Below are positions 40,135 through 50,434 of a stretch of 64,000 bases of DNA, one piece after another. The position numbers were made by a program, and so were the translations under genes. The notes under the pieces are model-generated. The model saw nothing but the letters and a program-made list of their open reading frames with translations, had not been told where the DNA came from and searched no databases. The stretch spans positions 96,001 through 160,000 of the forward strand of contig JBMNIW010000001.1 in assembly GCA_050951325.1 (NCBI GenBank). Direction: 5' to 3'. Within the stretch, counting starts at the first letter, position 1, and every line of letters starts with the position of its first letter. This DNA is from Clostridia bacterium (GTDB lineage Bacteria > Bacillota > Clostridia > UBA1212 > DUPL01).

Positions 40135-42396
40135 TCAACCCACATTTCTGTCCGATTTATATACTTCAAACTCAGCCAATTGGAACAAATAACCGGTTGT
40201 AGCATACGTCATCTTCATCATTTCCTTCGATACAATCCTCACAAAAGATGCGTCCACCTTATCAAAAACAAAAACCCTTGGTCTTTTGTCTTCCTTGCCA
40301 GAACCTTCATAAAAGTGTACTACATCCCAGTCCGCTCCATTTGTGGAAACCTGCACTTCCAGTTTCTTTGGAAAATATGCGCCGTTATGTGCAGGATAAA
40401 GACAAACCGCATCAATATTATAAACATCTCCAAGTTCAACCACCACCCACTCTTCCGCATAAGGGTCATCCATGTGCAGTTCGTGTTCGGAAGACCATCC
40501 GGAATGCTTTGAGTTGTGCTCCGTTATCCCATCGGTTAGATGCATTTTTGTAAATCCTACCAGTTCATTCTCGTAGGAAGAAGACACTAGTACATTTTTG
40601 CCCAGTGCCACATTATGCTCTTTTGTCATGTTCTTTTCCTTTGCCTTGAAAAGCTCATACGGCATAATGGATCCATCATCATTGTATATCTCAATCTCCC
40701 CTATTTCCACAACATGTTTGCCATCCACAAAAGCCGTTCCATCCATCCTTATCTTTACGTACCTTGCGGATACCGTATCAAAAATGTGGCTGGGGATTGT
40801 ATTTTCATCTTCCACCTTTACAATCTCCTCCCACTCTTTCTTGTCGTCCGAGCACAAGATTGTATAAGTTTTTAGAAACAATTCCCTGTCATCCTCAACA
40901 GGATACAAATCTATTCTATTTATATCCACCTTCCTCTTCAAATCCACCATAAAATATATTTCACTATCAGCATCTCCTTCATACCTCCACCCTTTTGAGC
41001 CTTGCGACGGTATCCTTATACCATCCACCGCATTGCGGACATAGTATCCGCCTTCTCCAAGAGAAGAGGTGGCAAACACTGGTTTGTTGTATGCAAGATT
41101 CTTTTCATCATCATCCTTGTATGGCTTTGTCAAATCCACGCCTTCTTCAAGGGCATACAGTCTGAAGCCCCCCGCAGCAATCTCACACTTGATTCTGCCC
41201 TTGTTTATCTTCGCTTCCTTTGCTTTTCCGCTGGTAACATCGTAAAGTTTGTCTATACCATTCAATTTTAATGTTATTTTCTCATCATCCTTGAAGTTCT
41301 TGTTTACAATCATGATATAGTTTCTGCCGTCAAATCTGTCTTTCATAAGAGAGACTATAAAGTCCTTGTCGTCGACAGCCTCAACATGCCAGCCTTTTTC
41401 CAGCATTGTGGTCTCCAAATCCTGTCTGCCATTATGATATATCTCTAGAGCATCCACTCTTCCAAGAATCTTTGATACCTTTTTAATATCCTTGTTTATC
41501 CTGGCAATACCATCAAAGGTTTTACCTTTCTTTCCGTCCGGCGTTACAATTGCTTCAGTAAACTCCTCACTTCTTTCAGTAGGAGTAAACCAGGTAAAAT
41601 ACTTTAAATTCTTAAAACCATAAGCCAAAGCAGCAGATGTATGGTATCTAGTTTCTGCAACTGTAGGCCTTCTAAAACCACCAATTACACCAATTGACTG
41701 TATGTACAAGGCGGTATCCACATTGTATTTAAGACCCGTTTCCCAAATCAGTTTGAAGTTTGGAAACATCTGTGGGACGGAACCTTCCTGAAGGTCAAAA
41801 GGATATTGGTCAAAAGACAGGTACCTCAAATTCTCAGCACCTACAGAATTTATCCAGTCCTCTGCATGTCCTCTTGGGTCTTCAAGAGCAAACGCAGGCA
41901 GCATGTTAAGCTGGGTTATGCAGCCAGGATGCTCCTCTACCATGATTCTGGCCACCCTGCCAAAAGGATTTGCATTGCGGGGCTCATCAAGAACATAGTA
42001 ACCAACAACGCTATCATGATCCTTATACCTTCTTACCAGCTCCCTTATCTCTTCGTCACTCTTGGCAGGAAGATTAATAAAATCCTTGTCGCATATGGTA
42101 ATTTTTATACCCTTATCCTTGCATAATCTTAGTGTATTCTCAAGCGTTTCCTCGTCTGTGAATATTGGGTCGGTTCCCCATTCCAAAAGATCAATTCCAG
42201 CCTCCACCAGCAAATCATACTGCTCTTCCGTGGCATAGCCTTTCATGGGCGGCCAGAATACAGAAATTATTATCTCGCCGTCCCCGTATCCTCTGTATGT
42301 ATCCATTTCTCCCATCACCAACTCCTTTTCTTTTGTGCAAGATGTCAATAAAACGCATACAAGCATCAATAGTATTACTAGAATTCTTCTTGTCAT
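40135..42396 (-). CDS. Lipoprotein: putative clan GH-A-like barrel plus two F5/8 type C (CBM32-like) modules
   Basis: Lipobox LTSC; YYVLDEP, SFDQYP; repeats NLAYNKPVFATSS..VEIGEIEIY and NVALGKNVLVSSS..QLAEFEVY. Confidence 0.7.
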   Translation of the reverse strand: MTRRILVILLMLVCVLLTSCTKEKELVMGEMDTYRGYGDGEIIISVFWPPMKGYATEEQYDLLVEAGIDLLEWGTDPIFTDEETLENTLRLCKDKGIKITICDKDFINLPAKSDEEIRELVRRYKDHDSVVGYYVLDEPRNANPFGRVARIMVEEHPGCITQLNMLPAFALEDPRGHAEDWINSVGAENLRYLSFDQYPFDLQEGSVPQMFPNFKLIWETGLKYNVDTALYIQSIGVIGGFRRPTVAETRYHTSAALAYGFKNLKYFTWFTPTERSEEFTEAIVTPDGKKGKTFDGIARINKDIKKVSKILGRVDALEIYHNGRQDLETTMLEKGWHVEAVDDKDFIVSLMKDRFDGRNYIMIVNKNFKDDEKITLKLNGIDKLYDVTSGKAKEAKINKGRIKCEIAAGGFRLYALEEGVDLTKPYKDDDEKNLAYNKPVFATSSLGEGGYYVRNAVDGIRIPSQGSKGWRYEGDADSEIYFMVDLKRKVDINRIDLYPVEDDRELFLKTYTILCSDDKKEWEEIVKVEDENTIPSHIFDTVSARYVKIRMDGTAFVDGKHVVEIGEIEIYNDDGSIMPYELFKAKEKNMTKEHNVALGKNVLVSSSYENELVGFTKMHLTDGITEHNSKHSGWSSEHELHMDDPYAEEWVVVELGDVYNIDAVCLYPAHNGAYFPKKLEVQVSTNGADWDVVHFYEGSGKEDKRPRVFVFDKVDASFVRIVSKEMMKMTYATTGYLFQLAEFEVYKSDRNVG

Positions 42397-42444
42397 TTTA
42401 CATGCACCTGCTTTTTGTATACTAATGATTAGTATACCATATTT

Positions 42445-43572
42445 TTATCTCAGCATCTTCTGAAGTTTCTTGACGGAGTAAACAACTATTGCCACAACAA
42501 CCACGCCAACTGATATTAAGACTATAGTTAGAACTTGTTTGGTACGTGAAGGTTCTACAAGGTCATCAATTACTTCTGAAACAATTATTCTGTCAATTCC
42601 CATGAAGAGCTGATCCGCTATGTAAATCCTTCCGTTTGCAACAGCAACACCTGAGTAATTTACACATCCTGGCATCCAACCAACAACCTCAATCACTTTC
42701 AGATTTTTGTCCAGTATATACACATTGGATTCGCCTTCGCCATATCTTGAAACAAATACATAATCCTTGTGCAAATGTATTCCATATGCATCGTCAAGGG
42801 CAAATATCCTCTGAACCTTTTTCCAATCCTTATCAATTTTAAGAACCGTATCCCCTTTTGGGCGAAACATGTTCATGTTTGCAGTTAAGTATATGCTGCC
42901 GTCCTCATCAATCTTCAGGTAATTTGCCTGCGCAATAGGACTTCCCAAAAACTTGTCGAGATAAATCACACCATTTATTCCAACATCCTTTGCCGGAGAA
43001 ATATTGCCAGGGTCTGTTACATCATAGCATCTAACGGTATTCACATCGTAGTTGGTTATGAAGTACATGTAATATCTCTCGCCCTTTTTGGCAACTTCCA
43101 CACCGTTAATGCCTACCTTGCCATCAATCTCTATGACCTCATAGGACAACTCATTCAAATCCTTGTCAAGACAGGCAATGCTGACACTTCCTTCTGCAGT
43201 TTCACTGGTTATTCCTATGTACACATAACCTCTGTCATCTGTAGCAATGCCTTTTATCATTCCGTTGTCCTTGTCATAGTAACTTATGCCGTCAAAACTT
43301 CCATCAGAAGTGTTCAAACGGAACAAGCCATTTTCTCCATGGACAAGACCTACATAAAGGTATTTGCCATCTTTAGAAACGGCAAACCCCCTCATGTACA
43401 TGGCTCCCATTCTTTCCATGCCGTAAGTTTCAAGGACTGAAAACTGTGCGTTGGAAAAAGTTACTTTTCTGTTGGTTTCTTCTTCGCGCTCTTCCTCCTG
43501 GGCTGATATGCCAACAAGACTTGTCAGAACAAGTATGATTAAAAATATGCATGTAGCTCTTTTATGTACCAC
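42445..43572 (-). CDS. Secreted beta-propeller-like protein with C-terminal TM
   Basis: Signal peptide; repeated G(F/I)A.s.dG.YlYv blades; TM plus KK tail. Confidence 0.6.
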   Translation of the reverse strand: MVHKRATCIFLIILVLTSLVGISAQEEEREEETNRKVTFSNAQFSVLETYGMERMGAMYMRGFAVSKDGKYLYVGLVHGENGLFRLNTSDGSFDGISYYDKDNGMIKGIATDDRGYVYIGITSETAEGSVSIACLDKDLNELSYEVIEIDGKVGINGVEVAKKGERYYMYFITNYDVNTVRCYDVTDPGNISPAKDVGINGVIYLDKFLGSPIAQANYLKIDEDGSIYLTANMNMFRPKGDTVLKIDKDWKKVQRIFALDDAYGIHLHKDYVFVSRYGEGESNVYILDKNLKVIEVVGWMPGCVNYSGVAVANGRIYIADQLFMGIDRIIVSEVIDDLVEPSRTKQVLTIVLISVGVVVVAIVVYSVKKLQKMLR

Positions 43573-43727
43573 GATAATACCTCTCTTTTGATAATCTAAC
43601 ACGGGTATTATAATACGTCCTGACAGGTTTTTCAATCAATTCGGTCTGCAAGCACATATAAATAAAGTTGCATAACCTGTATTCCTAATGTTATCATATC
43701 TTTATACATTGCTTATGGAGGGATAAA

Positions 43728-44444
43728 ATGAAATCAACCAAAGGATGTTCATACTGCAATCACACAAGCTGTGTAAGCAAGGTACCCATCTTTTCCTCTC
43801 TTGATGAAAGGGATGCAAGAGACATCGCAGCATTGATAGAACACAAAAACTATAAAAAAGGCGACATTCTAATCAATGAGGGCGACAAGGTAAACTCCAT
43901 AACCATCATTAACACCGGTAGTGTAAAGGCATATAAATATACTCCAGACGGGAGGGAACAGATACTTTACGTACTGACTGAAGGTGACTTTTTCGGAGAA
44001 CGCAGCCTGTTAAGCTCTGAAAATGCCGATTTTTACATAGAAGCTCTTGATGATGTGGGAGTATGCGTGATAACAAAGGAAAGGTTCCACAGCCTACTTT
44101 ACACCCATCCAGACATCGCCATAAACATAATAGATGAACTGGGTAAAAGGATTGCAACAATGGAAAACGCATTCCAAAGCATTAGTGTGAGAAACCTCGA
44201 TGCACGCATTGCAGCACTTTTATTGGATTACGCAAACAGGTACGGCATAATGACAAAAGACGGGGTTAAAATAAATCTTCCCATAAGCAGAGAAGGCATG
44301 GCTAATCAGCTTGGTATTGCAAGAGAAACAATGAGCAGGAAGCTGAGCCAGCTTGAGAAAAAAGGTATAATTCTTTCAGAAAATAATAAAACTTTGATAA
44401 TTTACAACATGGATATGCTGGATGAAATGGCGGGGATAAAATAA
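43728..44444 (+). CDS. Crp/Fnr-family regulator with N-terminal Cys cluster
   Basis: CSYCNHTSC, GDFFGE, HTH GIARETMSRKL. Confidence 0.92.
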   Translation: MKSTKGCSYCNHTSCVSKVPIFSSLDERDARDIAALIEHKNYKKGDILINEGDKVNSITIINTGSVKAYKYTPDGREQILYVLTEGDFFGERSLLSSENADFYIEALDDVGVCVITKERFHSLLYTHPDIAINIIDELGKRIATMENAFQSISVRNLDARIAALLLDYANRYGIMTKDGVKINLPISREGMANQLGIARETMSRKLSQLEKKGIILSENNKTLIIYNMDMLDEMAGIK

Positions 44445-44561
44445 TGCTCCGCTGATTTATTTTTAATTAATATAATCACAAATTTATTTTAACATTCCTC
44501 ATTGTACATGACAAATTATTTAATAAATTAATGGTATACTTCACCCCACAAGTTAACGCCA

Positions 44562-44604
44562 GGTGATTCAAATCACATACAGGTTTCGTTTTACCGGGTA
44601 GAAT
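44562..44604 (+). promoter_or_regulatory. Crp/Fnr-type operator plus -10 element
   Basis: GGTGA-N6-TCACA (44562-44577) centred about -41.5 relative to a start implied by TAGAAT (44599-44604). Confidence 0.65.
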
Positions 44605-44635
44605 AAAACTGTAGAAAATGTAAAGGGGATGGAGC

Positions 44636-45106
44636 ATGACAACTTCGTACAATGACATGACCAAACAGGAACTTGCAAAACATATTGAAGAGAAATACCA
44701 CGCATACCTTAGGGAGAACCTCCCCAGGACATCGGAACTTCTTTACACTGTCCTAAGCAGCCACGGCAGTGATTACCATGTACTGTTTGAAGTATACAGC
44801 CTGTTTGGTCAATTGAGAGCAATCCTTGAGCAGCATTTGCTGAAAGAGGAAACACTGCTCTTCAGCAAGCTGGGCCATGGGAACAATGCTTTTGCAAAGA
44901 AAGAAATTGCAATAGACCTCATGAAAGAACACGACAGAACAAGGCATATTCTCAACAGGCTCAAGGATATAACCAATGGCTATGATACTACCAACATACT
45001 ATGTTCTGACTTCAAGCAGGCATATGTAATGTTGAACACAATAACGCAGGATTTGTTAAATCATTATTACCTTGAAGAAACCATGCTGTTAAAGGAGTTT
45101 GTTTAA
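44636..45106 (+). CDS. Hemerythrin-like di-iron protein (Ric/YtfE C-terminal-like)
   Basis: YHAYLRENLP, HLLKEETLLF, EHD, HYYLEE. Confidence 0.8.
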   Translation: MTTSYNDMTKQELAKHIEEKYHAYLRENLPRTSELLYTVLSSHGSDYHVLFEVYSLFGQLRAILEQHLLKEETLLFSKLGHGNNAFAKKEIAIDLMKEHDRTRHILNRLKDITNGYDTTNILCSDFKQAYVMLNTITQDLLNHYYLEETMLLKEFV

Positions 45107-45107
45107 A

Positions 45108-45332
45108 ATGGAAAAAGTTATTGATTTGAATAAAACCGTATTTGAATTATGCAATGAGGATCCTGCAATAAAAGACATACTGGCGGATTCAGGTTTTACC
45201 GACATAACAAAACCGGGAATGCTTCAAACCGCCGGCAGGTTCATGACAATACCAAAAGGAGCAAAGCTTAAGAAAATAGACTTGGAGACCATCAAAAAGA
45301 AATTTATTGATTTGGGATATGTAGTAAAATAA
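45108..45332 (+). CDS. DUF1858-domain protein
   Basis: IDLNKTVFEL..DP.IKDIL..GFTDI..PGMLQTAGRFMTIPKG. Confidence 0.8.
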   Translation: MEKVIDLNKTVFELCNEDPAIKDILADSGFTDITKPGMLQTAGRFMTIPKGAKLKKIDLETIKKKFIDLGYVVK

Positions 45333-45359
45333 TTCGCCCCTTCGGGGGTGAATTATTTT
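45326..45359. terminator. Bidirectional terminator
   Basis: AAAATAATTCGCCCC-TTCG-GGGGTGAATTATTTT between convergent genes. Confidence 0.75.
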
Positions 45360-46047
45360 ATGAATCTATCCTTATCTTTACAAAGAAATACGAAAGAAAA
45401 ACAAACGCAATCAGACATATGACAAGAAAGTCATCCCTAGTCTTGGGATTCCTGGGATTCATCGTATACACATTTATATTATCAACAGTCATCAATCCGT
45501 TTTCGCTGTAAAAACCCACACTCCCCTTTTCTGTCGCATACCGTTCTTTCAAATCAATACTGTATAAATGAGTATCATTTACAAATATGGAGACAGTAGA
45601 CCCATCGTCATAAATGGAATACTTGTTTAATATGGATAAATCAAAACCTTCGGGAAAACCTGCACTTTGTTCATGACCTTTTACACTCACTGTAAACTTG
45701 TCATAATCCCCAATCACAAAAGTTACACTAACATCTCCACCCCTTGTCACAACACCAAAGACTTCTGCGTCTTTTGGTGCCATATGAAACTCCAGCTTGT
45801 ATTGACAAAATTCTTTTTCTGAATAAAACTCTCCCGACAACTCAAACCTGCCCTGGCTTGTTATTTTTGATATATTTAAATCATCCATCACCCAGTCCTT
45901 TATCAAATCCTTTTCATCTTTTAACGAGCCGTCTTCAGTCTGGAAAGTCTCTTCAAACACAAGCGTATAGGAGTATTGTTTTAAATATTCATTTACATTG
46001 GCAACCAGCAGTATGCTAAGAAGAAATATGATAAAACCGTTTTTCAC
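45358..46047 (-). CDS. Secreted jelly-roll/ConA-like protein with NPKTRD-TM tail
   Basis: N-terminal hydrophobic helix; GSVGFYS..TVDNINV; C-terminal NPKTRD plus TM. Confidence 0.55.
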   Translation of the reverse strand: MKNGFIIFLLSILLVANVNEYLKQYSYTLVFEETFQTEDGSLKDEKDLIKDWVMDDLNISKITSQGRFELSGEFYSEKEFCQYKLEFHMAPKDAEVFGVVTRGGDVSVTFVIGDYDKFTVSVKGHEQSAGFPEGFDLSILNKYSIYDDGSTVSIFVNDTHLYSIDLKERYATEKGSVGFYSENGLMTVDNINVYTMNPRNPKTRDDFLVICLIAFVFLSYFFVKIRIDS

Positions 46048-46162
46048 GCCAATCTCCTTTTCCATTGTATAACTATACTAAATATGGACGGTTTGACTGA
46101 AAAATATTTTGTTATTTTTTCACAAGCAAAAACCCCGTTTACAACGGGGCTTTCACATGTGA

Positions 46163-46474
46163 TTAAAGCTTGTTACGTTTTAGTTGTTCGCTTGTTGGCA
46201 ATACATTTTTCAAATCCTTGATATAATTGCCACCTCTGTTCCAACGTTTCATAAAGGCAGGTGTAAATGTAATACCTTGTTGTTTGATATGTACTCCGGA
46301 AATCCAAAATTGTGGTACGTTATTTACTATAAATTTTTCATCGTTCAGTTCTAAAACTCGTACTCTGTCAAAACATATTACCCTGTACCCGCCATAATCC
46401 CTAATACGTACCGTGCCAGTACCTTCGCCATACTTGTTGCAGGTATCATCCATCGTCAATATCTTCCTCTCCAT
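46163..46474 (-). CDS. Hypothetical protein (start may be 46453)
   Basis: ORF with own extended -10 (TGGTATAAT, 46533-46525) and downstream hairpin CCCCGTT..AACGGGG. Confidence 0.5.
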   Translation of the reverse strand: MERKILTMDDTCNKYGEGTGTVRIRDYGGYRVICFDRVRVLELNDEKFIVNNVPQFWISGVHIKQQGITFTPAFMKRWNRGGNYIKDLKNVLPTSEQLKRNKL

Positions 46475-46586
46475 AAATAATGCGCATTCTGTTTTAACAG
46501 GATATGTTTACCACACGATTATGGATTATACCACAACATCTTGTTGTTTACCATGTTGTTTATGATAAATTTATACTGTTTACATT

Positions 46587-49259
46587 TCATTTAAAATTTG
46601 TTTTCTTTACAACCTCCAAAAACACTGGAACAAGGCCCGGATCAAAATATCTGCCAGACTCGAATTCAATTTCTCTAATAATTTCCTCAAAGGACATTTT
46701 GTCCAGCATCCTGTCAAAAGCCTCTGCAATTGCAACTATCCTTGATATGATGGGTATTTCTTCGCCCTTCAAACCTTTAGGATAGCCTGAACCGTCCCAC
46801 TTCTCGTGGTGACTAAGTACACTGTCTGCATAATCAACCGTATACTCAAACAGATTGAGGATTCTATAACCAATAAACGAGTGCTGCTGCATGGTTTGCA
46901 TTTCGTCTTCTGTTAAAGTTGATTTTGTAAGGAGATTCTTGTCAACTCCAATCTTTCCAATGTCATGCAAATATCCTATCTCTTTGAGTTTTCTGACATC
47001 AGGACGCTCAAAACCAAGAGCTTTTGCCATCTCTTCGCAAAGCAGACTTACCCTCCTGGAATGTATCTTCTCCCTTTCAGCTCTCTCATGCAAAAGTTTC
47101 ATAAAAGAACTTATGGCTTCTCTGCTGAACTTGCCACTCATTCTTCCCTTGTTCTTGTACATTTCACTCTCGGCATTCGTAAGTATAAGTCTAATATCCT
47201 GAAACCTGCTGTTCTTGATGCTGTAACCCATCGCAATAGTACATCGAACAGCATGCACGTATTCATCAGAAACATCCTTGTTTATTGAATCTATAATCTC
47301 TTTTACAGCATCTTCATCCGTATTCGGCATAAGAACGACAAACTCGTCTCCTCCAACCCTTGCAGTCACACTGTCTTCCTTTACATTCTTCCTTATGCAA
47401 TTAGCCGCCTTTACAATAAGTTCATCGCCTGCATCATGTCCAAATATATCGTTTGTAAGTTTAAGACCATTCAAATCCGCATAAATTATAGCAAGGGGCA
47501 AGTTCTCTCTATTATCGTATTCATCCAACAGTTGTTCAAAATATCTCTTGTTGACAAAACCCGTAAGGGAGTCGTGGTTCGAAAGATACATGATTCTCCT
47601 CTCTTCTTCCTTCCTACTTGTAATATCTACAAAAGTAACCACTGCACCAATTATTTTGCCATCCTTGAACTGGGGATACGAGTAATATGAGACATTGATT
47701 TGAGTACCATCCTTCCTAACAAAGGTTTCATCATCAGAGAAATATCCAATACCGTCAATTATGCTTTTGACAACCTTGCAATCGCTTCTCTTTACCTTGT
47801 TTCCCTGCATGTCATAACCGTGCACAAGCTCATGCACGTCCTGCCCCAAAAGCTCTTCCTCGCTGTCATATCCCATCACCTGTATACAGCTTTTATTGCA
47901 GAACACACAAACTCCGTTTACATCAACACCGAAAATACATTCCGCTGCGGAATCAAGAATAATTCTAAGCTGCTCTTCCTTCTCTTTAATTTGGATATTC
48001 AAATCCTCCAGTGCAGAAGTCCTCTCCTTGACCTTTTTCTCCAAATCATTTACAAGAGAATCGATGGTTTCTGCCATTTCATTGAATGCTCTTGTAATCT
48101 TTCCAAGCTCGTCGTTTCTTGAAACATCAACTCTTGTTGACAAGTCTCCTCTTGCAAATTTCTCAGTGGATTCTATAAGATGGTTTACCGGTCTTACCAA
48201 TTTGTTGGTTATACCGTAGTATATGATAATTGATGATATGAGAAAAAGAATTACCAAAACCGATGTAAGTGCAATGTTGATTCTTACGTCCTTCATTAGA
48301 TAGCTTTCGGGAACAGCAGTACACACAATCCAATCCATACCGCTTTCACTGTGAACGAAATTGAAATACATGCCTTTGTACTTAAACTGGCTTATGCCTG
48401 TTTTATTGAACTTGTCGTATGCCTCATCAAAAACATTATTTCCAATGTCGTAAATGTTTCTTCTTATCCTCTCTCCGTCCATTTCAACGTAATTTTCAAG
48501 ACCAAGAGAGTTTGCTACAAGCAATCCCGTGTTCCTTTCAGCTATGAAAGCATATCCCTTCTTGCCTTTGACCGTTTCCGTCAAAAAATTATCAAGGTCT
48601 GAAAGAACAATGTGGACGCCCAACACACCCAGAAAATCTCCGTTTTTTGTTAAAATGGACTTTGAAACAGAAACTGTAAATGCAGGCCTTACAAAATGAT
48701 AATAGAGGTCTGAAAAAACAACGCTGCGTGTTGTCTGGGCCTTTTGGTACCAATCCCTCGTTCTTACATCAAACTTTCCAAACTTGCCTGTTAGCCGGCC
48801 AATTGTCAGATCATCATTTATAGAATAGTACCATGATTCACCATTGGTTTCCTTATTGTTTCTCATTATCTCAATAACGTCATTCTCATTTCTTCTAGCC
48901 CCGTAATACTCTCCATCCGGTGTGCCGATACTGAAACTGTATATATTTTTGTCAAGAGACTTCAGGTTGCTAACAAAAAAATAATATAGCGCATCTTCGT
49001 CCTGAATATCGATTAGCTGGTTTTCAAAATGTCTGCTGTTCACTTCGATGGTCATTATGGATATATCGAGAACTTGCTCAATCTTGTCGCAGATGGTGTG
49101 ATGCAGGTCATAGGCCTGACTCTTCATAGTGTTCCGGGCTGAAAGGCTCCAGTTAACAAACACCACCGTAAGCGCAATAAACACTGCTACTATCATGGCT
49201 ATTACGAATATTAGTACAATTATACCTCTAATAGACAGAACCTTCTTCATAGATGACAC
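46587..49259 (-). CDS. Membrane Cache-HAMP-PAS-GGDEF-HD-GYP c-di-GMP enzyme
   Basis: RTRDWY (Cache), DELG (HAMP), PAS, RVGGDEF, LHDIGK, HHEKWDGSGYP. Confidence 0.92.
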   Translation of the reverse strand: MSSMKKVLSIRGIIVLIFVIAMIVAVFIALTVVFVNWSLSARNTMKSQAYDLHHTICDKIEQVLDISIMTIEVNSRHFENQLIDIQDEDALYYFFVSNLKSLDKNIYSFSIGTPDGEYYGARRNENDVIEIMRNNKETNGESWYYSINDDLTIGRLTGKFGKFDVRTRDWYQKAQTTRSVVFSDLYYHFVRPAFTVSVSKSILTKNGDFLGVLGVHIVLSDLDNFLTETVKGKKGYAFIAERNTGLLVANSLGLENYVEMDGERIRRNIYDIGNNVFDEAYDKFNKTGISQFKYKGMYFNFVHSESGMDWIVCTAVPESYLMKDVRINIALTSVLVILFLISSIIIYYGITNKLVRPVNHLIESTEKFARGDLSTRVDVSRNDELGKITRAFNEMAETIDSLVNDLEKKVKERTSALEDLNIQIKEKEEQLRIILDSAAECIFGVDVNGVCVFCNKSCIQVMGYDSEEELLGQDVHELVHGYDMQGNKVKRSDCKVVKSIIDGIGYFSDDETFVRKDGTQINVSYYSYPQFKDGKIIGAVVTFVDITSRKEEERRIMYLSNHDSLTGFVNKRYFEQLLDEYDNRENLPLAIIYADLNGLKLTNDIFGHDAGDELIVKAANCIRKNVKEDSVTARVGGDEFVVLMPNTDEDAVKEIIDSINKDVSDEYVHAVRCTIAMGYSIKNSRFQDIRLILTNAESEMYKNKGRMSGKFSREAISSFMKLLHERAEREKIHSRRVSLLCEEMAKALGFERPDVRKLKEIGYLHDIGKIGVDKNLLTKSTLTEDEMQTMQQHSFIGYRILNLFEYTVDYADSVLSHHEKWDGSGYPKGLKGEEIPIISRIVAIAEAFDRMLDKMSFEEIIREIEFESGRYFDPGLVPVFLEVVKKTNFK

Positions 49260-49346
49260 CCTGCAACAAATTCAAGCAATAAAATTTTATATTTTAAAAC
49301 ATTCAACCCATTGTACCTTATTTTAATAATATTTACAATTATTTTT

Positions 49347-49703
49347 TTAGCTTCCCAGATGAGACCAATTAGCCCTCATCTCATAAAGTGCATCGACACT
49401 CCCTGATACATCTTCAATCTTAATGCATCCCTTTAGCTTGTACAGATTTATTATCAAGTTGTTCATTTCTTTTCTTTCTATGGCAAACTGCATCCAACGA
49501 AACTTTTTTTGTGCCAATTCTTTGTAAAGAGCATCCGTCTTCTCGGATGCCTTGTCCCAGTCACCATTAAGAGCGCTGTTTTCTATGTCGTCAAAAAGTT
49601 CAGGTATGCTTTTAATAAACGGATGAAAGATAAAGGCCGTATTCATAACAAAAACAAACACAGCAATCAAAGCAATAGGAATTAAAGCCTTTACTATCTT
49701 CAT
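49347..49703 (-). CDS. DUF4363-family protein
   Basis: N-terminal TM, DWDKA..QFAIER; typical partner of DUF421. Confidence 0.7.
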   Translation of the reverse strand: MKIVKALIPIALIAVFVFVMNTAFIFHPFIKSIPELFDDIENSALNGDWDKASEKTDALYKELAQKKFRWMQFAIERKEMNNLIINLYKLKGCIKIEDVSGSVDALYEMRANWSHLGS

Positions 49704-49714
49704 ATTAAACCTCC

Positions 49715-50434
49715 TTAGTCGGTTATGTCAGTAACATTATCCCTGTTAATATGATCTTTGTACAAATCAACGTACAAAGTACCATCCTGTTTTCTTGACA
49801 TGTACATGACCTCACCCGGTGAATCTATATTCATCTTTTTAAGCTCTCCATAAAGCCACTTTGTGTCCAGTTTCAGCTGCCTTAAATTTGAGTATATAAC
49901 AACACCATCATAAATTATTTCTGTTGCCACGCTCTCAGGCTGCACCGCCACATTCATGTCCTTTCGTGTAACACTTTGATGCTCAGCCTTTTTGAGAACG
50001 GAAAGCCTTCCATCCTTCTCAATTATCGCAAACTCCACCTGGGTTATGTCATATACGTCCTTCTGCCTAAGCTGCTCAACCAAATCATCAATCCTGTATC
50101 TTAGTTTCTTCATGGCATCTTCCATTATCTTTCCGTTCATGATAACTATCGTAGGCTCACCATCAAGATATATGGAAAGCTTTCTTGATTTAGTGGTGAT
50201 CCACTGGATTAACCAAACCAGCAAGGTCCACATAAAAAGACCAGCCCAATGAGGCCATGCTCTTGAATCCAGATCGGTGGTCAAAGATGCAGCCACAGAA
50301 CCAATCGTTATCCCAAGAATGTAATCAAAGAAGGTAAGCTGACTAATCTGCTGCTTGCCAAGAACTCTTGTAAAAATCAGAAGTGTGAAAAAGGCAATAA
50401 TACTCCTGACAATAACTACAATCGGTTCATTCAT
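49715..50434 (-). CDS. DUF421/YetF-family membrane protein
   Basis: GKQQISQLTFFDY..GITIGS, GEPTIVI.NG, AIIEKDGRLSV. Confidence 0.9.
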   Translation of the reverse strand: MNEPIVVIVRSIIAFFTLLIFTRVLGKQQISQLTFFDYILGITIGSVAASLTTDLDSRAWPHWAGLFMWTLLVWLIQWITTKSRKLSIYLDGEPTIVIMNGKIMEDAMKKLRYRIDDLVEQLRQKDVYDITQVEFAIIEKDGRLSVLKKAEHQSVTRKDMNVAVQPESVATEIIYDGVVIYSNLRQLKLDTKWLYGELKKMNIDSPGEVMYMSRKQDGTLYVDLYKDHINRDNVTDITD

